Below are positions 12,923-26,329 of a DNA stretch of 64,000 nucleotides, piece by piece. This DNA is from Geosiphon pyriformis uo1 (taxonomy: Eukaryota > Fungi > Glomeromycota): the NCBI GenBank assembly GCA_016748015.1, contig JAAOMT010000134.1, positions 1,494,757-1,558,756 of the forward strand, given 5' to 3'. Every line of letters starts with the position of its first letter. Positions within the stretch are counted from its first letter, which is position 1. The translations under genes and the position numbers were made by a program. The notes below the pieces were generated by a model. It did not search any database and was not told where the DNA came from. It saw nothing but the letters and a program-made list of their open reading frames with translations.

Positions 12923-13525
12923 NNNNNNNNNNNNNNNNNNNNNNNNNNNNNNNNNNNNNNNNNNNNNNNNNNNNNNNNNNNNNNNNNNNNNNNNNNNNNN
13001 NNNNNNNNNNNNNNNNNNNNNNNNNNNNNNNNNNNNNNNNNNNNNNNNNNNNNNNNNNNACCCAACTAACATTTTGAAATTGATTAGCTACCAATTTCAG
13101 TAAACTGTTAGTGACTCCAGGCCTGGATAGAAAACGTTTCCCTTGATAAAATCCTATTTTTTTTACATTTCTTTTATTTTTCTTTTTTTTTCTTATTACA
13201 ATCATTAAGGTAGCCTACAAATGAGATTCCTGTAGAAGAGTTGACTTTCACAGCAAAGTAACTACACATTTTTAGTGAACTTCCAAATGAGCAATTTCTG
13301 GGAAAGAGTTAACATTTACTACAATGTAACTACATAAAGTAACTGGCAAGGAATTGGCCATTCCACTTATAAGTCCAGCAGTTCAAATTATAGAAGATAA
13401 TTTGAAGATAAATTCAGTTATTGGAGGTTCAACTACTTCTAGAAAACGTGAATTTGCAACCAACAGACAGTTACAACATTCAAAAAAAGAGACCAAAAAC
13501 CTCCGGTAACATTTGGTGCTCTTCC

Positions 13526-15990
13526 ATGGAAATAACACAGCAAACAACAAACTTCAAAGTGGTAACCACACCAGACACAACAACTCTAGAGTATTATCAG
13601 TCAATTTACACCCATTGCAAGCAGAGATTCAACATCCCAGACGGAATTGAAATTGTTAAAAAAACACTCTACCAATACATTAAAACCATATCAACAATTA
13701 TCTTCTTGGAAATTACAACATTTCAGAAGTAAGAAGCAATCTCTATAATAATCTAGTACACTATTCACGATTGAGAACTGAAGACCTTAACAGTGAAACA
13801 CTTGCCACCTATTTTCAAGAACTCAATTACAACATTATCAAGTATTGTGAAGAAAAATACCCAGTACAGTCTAAATACTCTTTTGACTTTGAATCAGAAA
13901 CAGAAACAGGCAACAAAGGCAAACAAAAAGTGAAACAACACTCAAAAACCACTCCAAACACTCCAATACTATCAAAGACAACTGCCAAACACTTGCAAAC
14001 ACCTGAACAAGAAACCAGTATCAAATTACCACTTTCTATTACACCATTTCTAATTTCACTTGCTTAATTACAAACATCAAATTCACTACTTAACTGTTTT
14101 TCCAGACCAGAAGATTTTCAGTCACCTAAAAATCTTACTCAACAGCAAGAACTTATATCAACAAGCACCAATATTATTGAATACTTGCAGGAAAACAAAA
14201 GTGATCATTCAGAAAATTTGGAAAGTAAAGAAACTGAATCAAAACAAGGAGAATCCACAGAAAATGAAGAGAAAATGGCAACTGTTTACATTGCAAAGAT
14301 TCCAGAATTTACAGGTGAAGATAATGATACCAGTCCTCAAGAATGGCTTGACAAAGTTCAAAAAGCAGGAGATGCAAATGGTTGGATTGTAGCAAGAATG
14401 CTTAAAGCAATTCCCTACTTTCTCCAAGGAACAGCAGAAGAATGATTTGAAAATTTAGAAGAACTATTTGAAAACTGGCAAGCATTCAAAAATGCTTTTC
14501 TACAACAATTTACCAACAACAATACCTCTATTGCTCTCAGAAACTGCTTTTGCAATATCAAACAAGAAACATCTGAAATTGTTATGACCTATCTTGGAAG
14601 ATTTAACAAACTTCTCAGACAAATCTGATAATTAGAAACCAATGACTACTATTCTGATGCTCAAATTCTGGATTAGTTTATAACAGGGTTAAAAAACAAA
14701 CTGATTAAAAAAGTCCATCCACATGCTTCAGCAGATTTACCAACTGCTATTAGACATACAAAGAACTATAAAATGGCAATGGAAGAAGCAAATCACACCA
14801 AGCTTGTAAACCTTGCAATTAGAGAAACCAGCTCAACAGCTGAAGAGAAAATAGACCAACTTACAAAAAAGGTTAAAAGCTATTTCACAAACCAACAACA
14901 ACAGCAACAACAACCACAAAGATATCAACCCCCACAATAACACAACTAAAACAATTTTGGATCACCATCCAACAACCAACTTCAAAATTGTTATTATTGT
15001 GGAATTCCAGAACACTGGAAACGAGATTGTAGGAAATTACAAAGAGACCAACAAAACAGGAGTAATCAATGTTACTCTTCATTACAACAATCTTATTACC
15101 AATCTCCATTACCAACCTATTATTTACCAAAACCACAAAATCAAAACAGTTACTATTCACCAGCTCCACAACCAATGCAGCAATAATATCAGCAACCTTT
15201 ACCAATTCAGCCATATCAGACACCACCCACTCAACAATATCAAGTACCAGCAAGAAAATTGGTTCAACATAACCAATTCACATTCCAAAATCAATTGCAG
15301 AATAACAACAACAGAATCAATTCAAATAACCAGTTGGTTTCCCAAAATTCTGGTCAGCAAAGACCCAATCACTATCACACTCAACCCAGTTATCTTACAA
15401 TACCAGAGGAATCGGATTTTCAACAAACTGCACTTTTTGAAGGTGAAGTTGCAGCACCAAGATCAAATTCTTTCAACCACACCATTCCACCAGCTCAAAT
15501 TGCCCAAAATGCCAATCTGTCAGATATATTTCCATTTGAATTTGAAGCAAATGAATCACCATTTCTGCTTAGTAATGCAGCAGTTAATGAACAGAAAGCA
15601 ATTACTGCTATGTACACAGAAGCTACAGTGGAAGGAAAACCCATTCACTTAATCTTAGATAGTGGATTGGCTGGAAGTATCATCACTTACCAGCTGATGC
15701 AACAACTCAAACAAAATGTAAACAGACCAGCTCAAACAGTTATTGTCACAGCTGATGGTATAAAGAAGACTTTAGTAAGAAAAATTGATGATTTCCCCTT
15801 TACAATTGATGAAATCACCATTCCAGTTAAAGTTCTTGTTATGGATACACTCCAATACCAAGCTCTAATCAGAAATGATTGGCTTTTCAAGGCCAATGCA
15901 AACCTGAACTGAGAAACTCAAAAACTTAAAATCTCATACCAAGGACAATATATTATAGTACCTGCAACCTGTGGTACCTTTAACAAACAA
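13526..15990 (+). pseudogene. gag: Element B gag (capsid-like region, CCHC knuckle) and protease
   Basis: AKIPEFTGEDNDTSPQEWLDKVQKAGDANGW; CYYCGIPEHWKRDC at ~14989-15030; ILDSGLAG; ALIRNDWL. Confidence 0.92.
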
Positions 15991-16032
15991 TCAGAAAAAG
16001 CTCCAGTATTTGAATTTAAAGAAAAAAAGGAA

Positions 16033-17340
16033 ATGCCACTCACTGAAACCTATATGGCTCTTGGATCACCATCCAACTGGGCTGAGGAAACAGAACAAAA
16101 GATTTTTGAAGAATCAAGAAAATGGAAAAAAGTTAAATATTCCACACTAGAACCACGAAAAGAACCACCATACATTCCACTAAAATGCAAAGATTGCAAA
16201 AAGAAGCTTTTATTTATGGAAGTCTGTATTTCCCCAGAAGAAGAATACAAAACTTGCACTTGTTACTTTTGCAAGGCATGCCATAGAGAACGATTTGGAT
16301 CCCCAAAAAGAAGTAAAAAATGGGACAAAACTTCTTGCCTTACTTGTAGAGAAATGCTATCAGAAGAATGCAATTGGATTGATGTAGCAATGAGAAGAGG
16401 AGTATGTGATCAGACCTGTCAATATGCTCTATCAATTTCGGAAAAAGTCAGAAGAGGAACACCATTTGATGCAGTATACAACAGTGCTCTCAATAAACTT
16501 TACCACTATCTTTATGATGCTGAAATGATTTTTGATCTAGCAATGACATTGATTAATAGAGCCACCCAAGAAGATGTCCGCCAAATGAAAGAAGTTGAAT
16601 ACATTGAGTATACCATAGAATTAGCTGGATTTGATTATAAAGATGAAGTAGAAACCTACCACCAAATTGCAAGCCACACATATCTAACCAAAAAAGCTCA
16701 AATTCAATGATTAGAGCAAATGAACATTCAATTGTATAAAGAATGTGTTATGTCTTGTAATGACCAATAGTGTTTAGAATGTTATGCTTTTAGCATTCCT
16801 TTGCCAGATGAGAATGATAAAAATGAAATCGAATTTGGAGTATCTGAACTAGTAGAAGAACTACCAACCACTCCATCTATTTTCTTGAAAAGCAATCATC
16901 TCTACAACTTAAATATTTTGACAACTATGGCCAAGAAATCAGACCAGAAAAAGCACACGAAATTGATGCTGGATATGACTTAAAATATCCAGAAAAAGAT
17001 ACTTTGGTTCTCCAACCAAAGTTCTTGACAAAAATCAATCTCAAAATTGCTTTTGAAATTCCACCAGAAGCAATGGTTCAAATTGCCTCCAGATCATCAT
17101 TGGCAAGCAAAGGAATCAATATTAGAGGAGAAGTTATAGATGCAGAATACACTGGAGACATTACCATCATGTTACAGAATGAGACAAACAAACCATTCAA
17201 AATTGAACATGCTGAAAAAATTGCTCAAGCAATTTACTTACTCTTAATCAACATTTCGGGTTTAAAATCAGTAAACAACAGAAAACAATTGGGAAAAAGT
17301 GAAAGAGGAACTCAAGGTTTTGGTTCAACTAGACGATTTA
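16033..17340 (+). pseudogene. dut: Element B Cys-rich domain followed by dUTPase
   Basis: CKDC..C..CKAC..CLTC..CDQTC; DAGYD, ASRSSLASKGINIRGEVIDAEYTG, KIAQAI, RGTQGFGS. Confidence 0.9.
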
Positions 17341-17879
17341 CAGTTCCAGTAAACATAGCTCTTAATACACAAAATGAATCTCACCAGATTCTTCAACTTT
17401 CCCAACCAATTACCATTTTACTTTTTGAAGAACATCATGAAATTTACATTTGCTCAAAACCCACTACTACACAACAAATCTTTGAATCCAATGAACAAAT
17501 CTGTTTGAAGCATGAAATCTCAATTCCAAACGTTTATATTTCCAAAGGAATGAAAAAATTTCGAGTTACATTCTACAACCCCAATAATTACCTTATTGTC
17601 TTATTAAACAAACTAGAGATTGGAATCATACACAGCAATATTTTTCAAGATGAAAACTCTCAAATTGTCTCTAATTTCATCGAAATTGTAAGACACACTC
17701 TATTTCCAAATCTAAATATCATTCCCACTACTGAAAACTACCACTTTTTGGAAGAAAAACTCTCTCAAATCAACATGGGTCCCTTAGAACCTTAACAACA
17801 AAGACAATTGAAACAATTAATAGCTGAATTTGCAGATATATTTGCAAAAGTCAACAATGACCTGGGAAAAACGAATATT

Positions 17880-19180
17880 GTTCAACATCAGATCCATACA
17901 GGAGATGCTTTCCCAAAATGTTAGCAAGCTTACAGAGTGCCACCTGCCAGCCACCAATTCATCAGAGAAGAAGTCCAGAGAATGCTCAATAACGGATTGA
18001 TTCAACCATCAAGAAGTCCTTAGGCCTTACCAGTAGTCCTTGTCAAAAAGAAAAATGGAAAAATCAGATTTTGTGTTGACTATCACCAATTGAACAGTGT
18101 GACAATTGAAGATGCCTACCCTTTTCCAAGAATTGATGACATGCTAGATGTTCTAGGAAAAGCCAAGTTCTTCTCAACTTTAGACTTGGAAAGTGGATAC
18201 TGGCAAGTCGAAATGGACCCAAAAAACTGACCCAAAACAGCATTCACCACCCAAGGAGGAAACTATGAGTTCAATATTATGCCTTTTGGACTCTGCAATA
18301 CACCAGCAACATTCTAATGACTCATAGATGTTGTATATAAAGGACTCTTATGGCAATTAGTAGTTGTTTACCTTAATGACACTGATGTGTACTCACCAAG
18401 CTTTGAAGCCCATCTTATTCATCTGTGAGAAGTTTTTCAACGATTACAGAAAGCAGGATTAAATTAAATATTGAGAAATGTCACTTTAGAAAAACAAGCT
18501 TAATCTTTCTTGAACACATTGTAAACAAAGACGAAGTCAAACCAAATCCTAGAACAATCAGTGCTGTCAAAAACTTTCAAACTCCCAGAAATATCATAGA
18601 ACTATGAGAATTTGTAGAATTAGCCTCCTACTATTGGAAATTCATCAAAGGATTCTTAGAAATTGCCAAACCACTCAATTATCTTATCAACAAAAATGTG
18701 CCATACAAATAGACAGAAGAACAACAGAAAGCTTTTGAAACTTTCAAAACAAAATTGACAACAGCCTTAGTTCTTGTATACCCAAACTTCAACAAATGAT
18801 TTCAACTAGCCACTGATGCTTCACACATAGCATTTGGTGCCATCTTATCACAATTAGATGAAAATGGACAAGAACAAGTCATTGCCTATGCTAGTAGAAC
18901 ACTCAAACCAACAAAACTAAAATATGGCTTAACTAAATTAGAAGCTGCCACAGTCATCTGGGCTCTTAAACATTTTCAACAATATTTAAAGAATGGAAAA
19001 AAATTTGACATCATAACTGACAATATTGGTCTCAAATGGCTTAATAAAAAGAAAACTGAACAAAGTGTCAAACAGTCTTGATGGAATGACTTCCTAACAG
19101 ACTACAAATATATTGTACACCACAAACCAGAAAAACTACATACCAATGTTAATAGTCTCTTAAGAATAAGACAAGATTAA
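17880..19180 (+). pseudogene. pol: Element B RT and RNase H, ending RIRQD*
   Basis: [31 protein letters not shown] (from YLDD), TDAS, IAYASR. Confidence 0.93.
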
Positions 19181-19238
19181 TACCAACAACAAATTCCACT
19201 ACAACTTACCAACCTACCAACAAAATAACCAAACAAAA

Positions 19239-20623
19239 ATAGATCCCAGAAATTACAGTAATCTTAAAAATTATTTAAAGACTCTTACCATGCCAAAAAA
19301 CTGGTCTCCAAGTAAAAACATTATTTACAACACCAATCAAAACAATATTTCATACACCAGAACAAAATCTATTATAAAAATCACAGAAACTCAAACCAAT
19401 CACTCAGATTAGTACAAGAGAATGAAAAAAAAACAATTTTATACAACATATACACAGATCCGTCTTCAGCACACTTGGAAAGAGATGGAACAATTCAAAA
19501 AACTCTTGAACATTATTTTTGGTCTCACATGCAAAAAGACATTTGACAATATGTAGAATCTTGTAATAGTTGTCAAAAAAGAAAAGAAACTTGCCCCACA
19601 GAACTTTTAAATCCAATCAAAGTTGAACAACCTTTTGACAGAGTTGGAATTGATTTAGTCGAACCATTATCTATCACAACCCAAGGAAATTGCTATATTG
19701 CAGTAGCAGTAGATTATCTTACCAAATGGTCAAAAACTAAAGCCATCCAAAGAACAGATGCAAAATCAGTAGCAAATTTTATCTATGAAGACATTATTTG
19801 TAGACATGGATGCCCAATTGAACTTTTATCTGATCAAGGAACACATTTTGTAAACAACTTGATACAAGAAATTTGTGAATGGTTCAATGTCAAAAAACCT
19901 CTATCATCACTTTATTACCCTCAAACAAATGAACTTGTAGAATGTATCAACAGAATATTGTGTGAATTTCTAGCCAAAGTCTCAACAGACTTTGAACAGG
20001 AATGGGATATCTTTATTTCATCAGTGTTACTAGCATACAGAACACTAAAACAAGATACTATGAAACACACACCATTTGATCTTACTTATGGAAGGACAGC
20101 AACATTACCAATTAATTTCATAGTAAAAACATACCCAGTGCAACCAATCAATAAAGAAAACTTTCAAAAAACACTCCAAAGAAAGGCTTACACTCTTTTC
20201 AATACACTGGAAGAAAAAAGAAGGATAGCAGCAACTCACATTAAACATTCCCAAGCTCAACAAAAAGAAAGACATGACAACAAATTACCACCTATTACCA
20301 ATGAATTTAAAGTTGGAAATAAAGTTCTTTTACACAGAACTAAGGCGGAAAAACAATAGAATGGGAAATTTGAAAACAAATGGGATGGACCATTTTATAT
20401 TCACAAAATTCTAGACAATAGATCATACAAGTTAAGATTTGATGATAAAATACTAGCAAAAGTTGCACATAGAAACAGATTAAAACACTATCATTTTAAA
20501 AACAATCCTGAAACATTAATTCCACAAATTGGTACACATTCCCCTTTAATTAATCCTAAAGATATTCCCCGAAATTTAGAACCAATAATTATAATAGAAC
20601 AACAACCAAACTTGAACACTTAA
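19239..20623 (+). pseudogene. int: Element B integrase, separate ORF
   Basis: HTD..HL..YFW..CNSCQ, GIDLV, LSDQGTHF, WDGPFYI; ends NLEPIIIIEQQPNLNT*. Confidence 0.92.
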
Positions 20624-20762
20624 ATTTTACAATAATTCTTTAATAAAAACACAAAGACAAAAATAGTAAATAATTACAAAACATCCAAACCCAAAAACAA
20701 ATAAAAATCCCATATCCAAAAAATTTTCTTTATTCTCTCTTTCATAATTAGTCAATTTTATC

Positions 20763-21470
20763 ATGATTATTCCCCGAAATATTCAACAAATATTCCAAAA
20801 GTTAATGTTAGCCTTGAAAACACTTCTTGACTTATCCATAACGATTAATGAAAGTCAAATTAATTACATTCAGAAAGAAACTACAGCCCCAGTAGCAAAT
20901 CATTCACAGAACTATCACCCTTATAGAAGAAAAACAAGAAGTCACTCTGAAAATAGGTTACCAAGATTTATGAAGCAAGCACTGGAAGAAAATCTTTTAA
21001 TTGCCCCTATTGACATTCCACCAAATGCTACAATGTAACTAAAACTTCTACTACTTCTCAATGAACAGAACAATGAACACACCCCTATTTATAAATACTT
21101 TCACATTGAAAAAACACTTTATGAATGAAAACTGGAACTTGAAACAACAAATCTCACTTCTGAAGCTATACAAAAACAAATTTATAATGAATTCAAAACA
21201 GCAGCTGGACCAAAAAACACTCACTACAAACTTAGAGCAGCTTTTAGACTCTATGATTTGTTTAATACTTGTGAAAATGTTCTACAAAATTCAATACTGC
21301 AACCAATGAAAATCCAATATATTGGCAAACTCACAGAACTGAAATTTCAACAATTTTCAGACCAGATTACTTCAATTATTTTGGATCACTATCTCAATAT
21401 CACAGATAGTGCTTGGACTTCGATAGAGCTCAGTTTTGAGAAGGAGATTATGTTATCAGTAGAATTTTAG
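20763..21470 (+). pseudogene. Element B ORF3 (~235 codons, one frame with two internal stops)
   Basis: MIIPRNIQQIFQ...YKYFHIEKTLYE...RAAFRLYDLFNTCENVL...IQYIGKLTELKFQQF. The ORF calls at 20763 and 21258 are in the same frame. Confidence 0.82.
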
Positions 21471-22459
21471 CTATTAATTAGCATGAAATTACTCTTATAA
21501 TTCCTATAATTAATTAGTATATTAATATCATTTCAAATTATCATTTATTATTTAGTCAATTATCACATATCACGATTCAATTAAATAATCCAATTAGTAT
21601 AACAAAAAGTAAGATGATCAAATTACACAATACTCTGAACTTTGTAACATTCTAAAATTCGCCGAAATTTACAGAAATTCGCCGAAATTTATATGAAATT
21701 CGCCGAAATTTATAGAAATTCGCCGAAATTATGAATAGTTCATCCAAATTAATCAATAGTTCAGCGAAATAACTTGTAGTTCATCAAAATGTATCTTTAG
21801 TTTGCCGNNNNNNNNNNNNNNNNNNNNGACTAGTACTACAACAAGTTGTATAAAAGAAGAGCTTTTCTTTTCAAGAAAATGTATCTTACTTTAGATTTAT
21901 CACTTAGAACCATTCCTATACACACAAAAAAAAATAAATATTAAATAATTCAAAAAACCAAATTCTTTAATTATTGCACCTGGAAAATCCCCAAAACCCA
22001 ACTAACATTTTGAAATTGATTAACTACCAATTTCAGTAAACTGTTAGTGACTCCAGGCCTGGATAGAAAACGTTTCCCTTGATAAAATCCTATTTCTTTT
22101 ACATTTCTTTTATTTTTATTTTTTTTTCTTATTACAATCATTAAGGTAGCCTACAGATGAGATTCTTGTAAAAGAGTTGACTTTCACAGCAAAATAACTA
22201 CACATTTTTAGTAAACTTCCAAATGAGCAATTTCTGGAAAAGAGTTGATATTTACTACAATGTAACTACATAAAGTAACTGGCAAAGAATTGGCCATTCT
22301 ACTTATAAGCCCAGCAGTTCAAATTATAGGAGATAATTTGAAGATAAATTCAGTTATTGGAGGTTCAACTACTTCTAAAAAACGTGAATTTGCAACCAAC
22401 AGACAGTTACAACATTCAAGAAAAGAGACCAAAAACCTCTGGTAACAGCATCTGTAATA

Positions 22460-25243
22460 CTGCAAAAAAGCAAATCATCAAAATACTGATGTTTTTTCCA
22501 GACTTATCTCTTAGTAATAGTACAACTTCTCAACCAAATCAACTTAATTATTAGTATCTCTTCCTTTGATAAACACAATAATGGATTTGGATAACTATTC
22601 TGCCTTAATAAAATTTTTGGATAAAGAACAATATCCACCAGATTACACTTAATAACAAAAAAAACATTTGCACAAGCAATTAAATTTTTATTTAATTTGC
22701 CAGAACCAACTTTACAAAAGAAATAAAAAAGATTCTAACCACCTCCAAAGAGTCATTAGATTTGAAAAAAAAATTGTGATCTATAACATATATATTAATC
22801 TATTAGTTGAACACTTTGGAAAAACAAAAACAATTCAAAAAACTTTAGCTCACTATTATTCTATCTTAGAAAAAAACATTGCTAAATACATCAAAACCTG
22901 TAACACCTGCCAAAGAAAAGAAAAACTTAATTGCAAAAAAGATATTTATTTAATCTTTGTTGGTCAATTATTTAACAGAATTGAAATAAATGTTGTTGAA
23001 TCTTTAACAATAATTCTTGATGGCAATAGATACATTATTACAGCTACTGACTATCTTACAAAGTGAGTAGAAGCAAAAGCTATTCCAGACCAAACAGCAG
23101 TTTTAATAGCCAACTTTATTTATGAAAATATTATTTGTTACTATGGCTGCCCTAAAAAACTTTTATCTAATAAAGGAAGAACTTTTCTTAGTACATTGGT
23201 TAAAAAACTTTGTAGAAAAATGGGAATATATTATAAACTTTTTTTTTTTTATTACCCATAAACAAATAGTCTAGTAGAACGTTTTAACAGAATTCTATGT
23301 AAAACATTAGCCAAAACTAGTAAAAAAAACAAACTTATGAAACAAAGTGCTGTTTTTAGTCTTGTTTGTTTATAGAATTGTGAATCATAACATAACAAGT
23401 TATAAATTCTTTTATCTGCTCTATAAATAAATGACAACTCTACCAATAGAAATTAATATTGAGACAATATCTTTTGAAAAGATTACTATAAGAAATTACA
23501 AAGACATTTTGCAAAAAAAACTTGGTATTATTTTTGACTTTTTGGTAAAAGCACAAATAATTGCCTTTAAAAAGATAAAACAGTTTCAAAAAATGCTTAA
23601 AAAAGAGAAAATCTATAAAACACTTTCCTTAAGTGTTGGTAATTTAATTTTAAAATATTGTTCAAATAGAGATAATGTCTATAATAATAAATTTTTTAGC
23701 CAATAGAAAGGATTTTTTTTAGTCAATAAAGTTTTGAACAATAGTTTTTATATTCTATAAAATTAATATAGAACAATTTTCAATAATCACCCTGTTTATA
23801 ATACACAACTCAAGAAATATTACAAATGATTTGATTAATTATTTGTTGTAATAATACTGACTCAAATGACCAGCAAAAATCAGATATAAATAAATGCACC
23901 ATTCCCAAAACAGAGATATTTTCAATCAACATAAACAATTATTTCCTAGATTAAAACATTCAAAATACTTTCTATACTCTTCATAAGTATTGGATTGAAA
24001 ACTATCCAAATACTACTCTGATTATTGAAAAACAGACTACCATAACTGATAACAGTAGAACACACACTGTTATTAGACCAAAAAAAACCATTACCAAAAG
24101 AGAAAGAATTGGTAGCAAAATGAATAAATATCTGCTAAAAAGTATAATAACAGTAATATTTATATCTTCTATCATAATTGAAAAAACAATTAAAAAAATT
24201 TTGTCTATAAACAAAAACTTGTTATATAAAGACAATTAAAACTCTATGGTTATTTTAGTGAAATTATAGAAAATATAAAGCTTATGAAGAAAACAACTTT
24301 AAAGATACAGGTAAAAATTTTGAGCATTATACAGTTAAATATTCCAAGAGTTTTAACTATTGCTAAAAAAGCCAAAATTTTTATACAAAGATTTGGTTTT
24401 TTGGATACAAAACTCATTTTGTCTCAGATATTATATATTTTATCTACAAAGAACTTTAATAAACTAGTTAGTTTTGAGTTAGATAAAATTTTTTAAATAT
24501 ATTATTTCATAAATAGCTTGATTTTGTTAGAGCTTAATCTCTTTGGAAAGAATGATATATGATTGAAACTCATATTTTTTATTAGCTATCACATGTATTA
24601 GTCACTAATATCATATAATTAGCCACCTTATTTTTAGATAGTAATCATTAATCTGATCAATAACCTGATTGTTGACCTAATTATTGATCTAATTATTGAC
24701 CACTTTTAATAGTTATATAAGCAATAAATTTTTTAACTATAAAAAAACATAATCAAACTAATAAAATAAAACCCACTATTAATTAATTCCTTTTATATTG
24801 CTTATTCTCTTTTTTTTATCTTTAAGTATCTAAACATTTTGGAATAAAAAATTACTTGTTGGTATTCACATACATTATCTTTTCTCCTTTTTGATTTGTA
24901 TTGTTAAAATTAACCTGAAAAGTGATTGCTTGTTCTTGTGATTTATTAAATAAAGAAATGATTAAAAAGCACAATAATATTTGTTATTAATTTTAAGAAT
25001 TGCCAAGTTAAAACATAGAATAATAACAGTGGTGTTATCTTGTTGACAATTATGAACTATTTCTCTACTTTCAAATTTCCAAAAAAGATTTGTAACTGTG
25101 ATTTTTATAAGACTGATCATGCACATTGAATTCTTACTCATTCAATTTGCTCTCTTATTGTAATTCTCTTTTTGATTATTTTTATTACCTTACAATCCTA
25201 TTCTCTCTTGCTATCCATTAGCTTGTTATTCCAACTCATAACA
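22460..25243 (+). mobile_element. Family-D element, part 2: RNase H end, separate integrase (ATG 22581), ORF3-like region (~23880-24540), probable 3' LTR (~24558-25243)
   Basis: SRLIS* then MDLDNYSALIKF; HFG..CNTCQ, ATDYLTK, LSNKGR, LVERFNR; pre-PPT AGAGCTTAA motif; ATTGACCTAATT repeats; CATAACA end. LTR limits are uncertain. Confidence 0.75.
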
Positions 25244-26200
25244 ATACTAAGTTGCAGTTATGTTATTTTCAATCCAAATTATGTTATTTATAAAAACTTC
25301 AGTTATTAAAAAAACCATTTTGTTATTCTTGAAATTCTGTTTATTAATCCTAAAAAAAAATTTGAATTTATCTTGTAGTCATAAAAATGTTTATGTTTTT
25401 TAATTTTACAAAACAAAAAATTATAGAAGATTTTCTACAACAGTAATAAAAAAATTTTTCCCTAATTTAGATTATTATAAACAGTATACCTTTTTGTAAG
25501 TCTAAAATTTATTATTACTTAATTGATTTTGCTGTCATAGATATTTTTAAACAATCTAATAAAGCATAAACACATTTTAATTTTAATTAAACTGTTTTAC
25601 AAATAATATTATTCAACAGAGTCATATGCTTTTTACATATTTTAAAAAACTAATTATAACTTTTTGTTTTTCAAAATGTCTTTAACTATAAAACTAATAG
25701 CAAAAATTGAAATTTGTATAAACATGTTTTTTAAAATTGAGAAATTATTATTATGTAGAACATTAAACTTACTATAAGCTAAAAAAATTCTATTAAAAAA
25801 AATTTAGACAAAATTTTCTATGTTGTTTTAATTAAAATTATTGGTTTAATATTAATCAAAGTTTTTTTCCAATTATATAACTTTAGAATTATAGAAACTC
25901 AGGTTTTTTTCTACTACATAAAAATTGCATTTAATATTAAACATAAATTAAAAATGTTCAACAAACCATCCAAAATCTGAATATTATTATGTTTTAAAGC
26001 TTATTAAGAATGCCAAATAAATTAGTTATCTTTTAATCAGATAGCTTTTTAATAATATATAACAACTTATCAAACTTAATATTGTTTATTATATTTGAAA
26101 ATACATTATTATTAACATAATTCAAAGAAATATACTGATAAAACTACTAATTAGACAATATACTAAACACTAAATATTTTTTTGTCCATTTTTTTATAAT
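25244..26200 (-). pseudogene. Very decayed LINE-type reverse transcriptase fragment
   Basis: Minus strand reads VLHNNNFSILKN..IFAISFIVKDIL..KAYDSV and a relic of FVDDTIWIG, collinear with the LINE ORF2 at 58480-58975. Confidence 0.75.
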
Positions 26201-26329
26201 TATATTGACCATAATAATTTTTAATTAAATAATAAGTAATAATTTGAATGATAATAATATATGCTAATTAATGATAAAAATTATAAGATAATTTTATGCT
26301 AATTAATAATTAAAATTCTATTGGTAACA
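26200..26329 (-). repeat. First ~130 bp of a family-B LTR, truncated
   Basis: Reverse complement TGTTACCAATAGAATTTTAATTATTAATTAGCATAAAATTATCTTATAA matches 12640 onward. Confidence 0.8.

Larger units (their letters stand above)
12640..22447 (+). mobile_element. Full-length family-B Ty3/Gypsy element (5' LTR 12640-13511, 3' LTR 21451-22447; TSD GCAC/GCAT)
   Basis: Near-identical LTRs TGTTA..GGTAACA, each with an assembly gap; PBS TTTGGTGCTCTTCC at 13512; PPT GAGAAGGAGATTA at 21438-21450; complete domain set. Confidence 0.96.

Noticed and set aside
12841-13205. ORFs containing X runs
   Set aside because: Artefacts of the N gap in the B 5' LTR.
20400-20623. Chromodomain at the integrase C-terminus
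   Set aside because: Only a short linker and the LEPIIII tail follow the GPF/Y module; no aromatic-cage motif.
20763-21470. ORF3 as an envelope gene, making these endogenous retroviruses
   Set aside because: Too short, and no signal peptide, furin site or TM anchor was seen.
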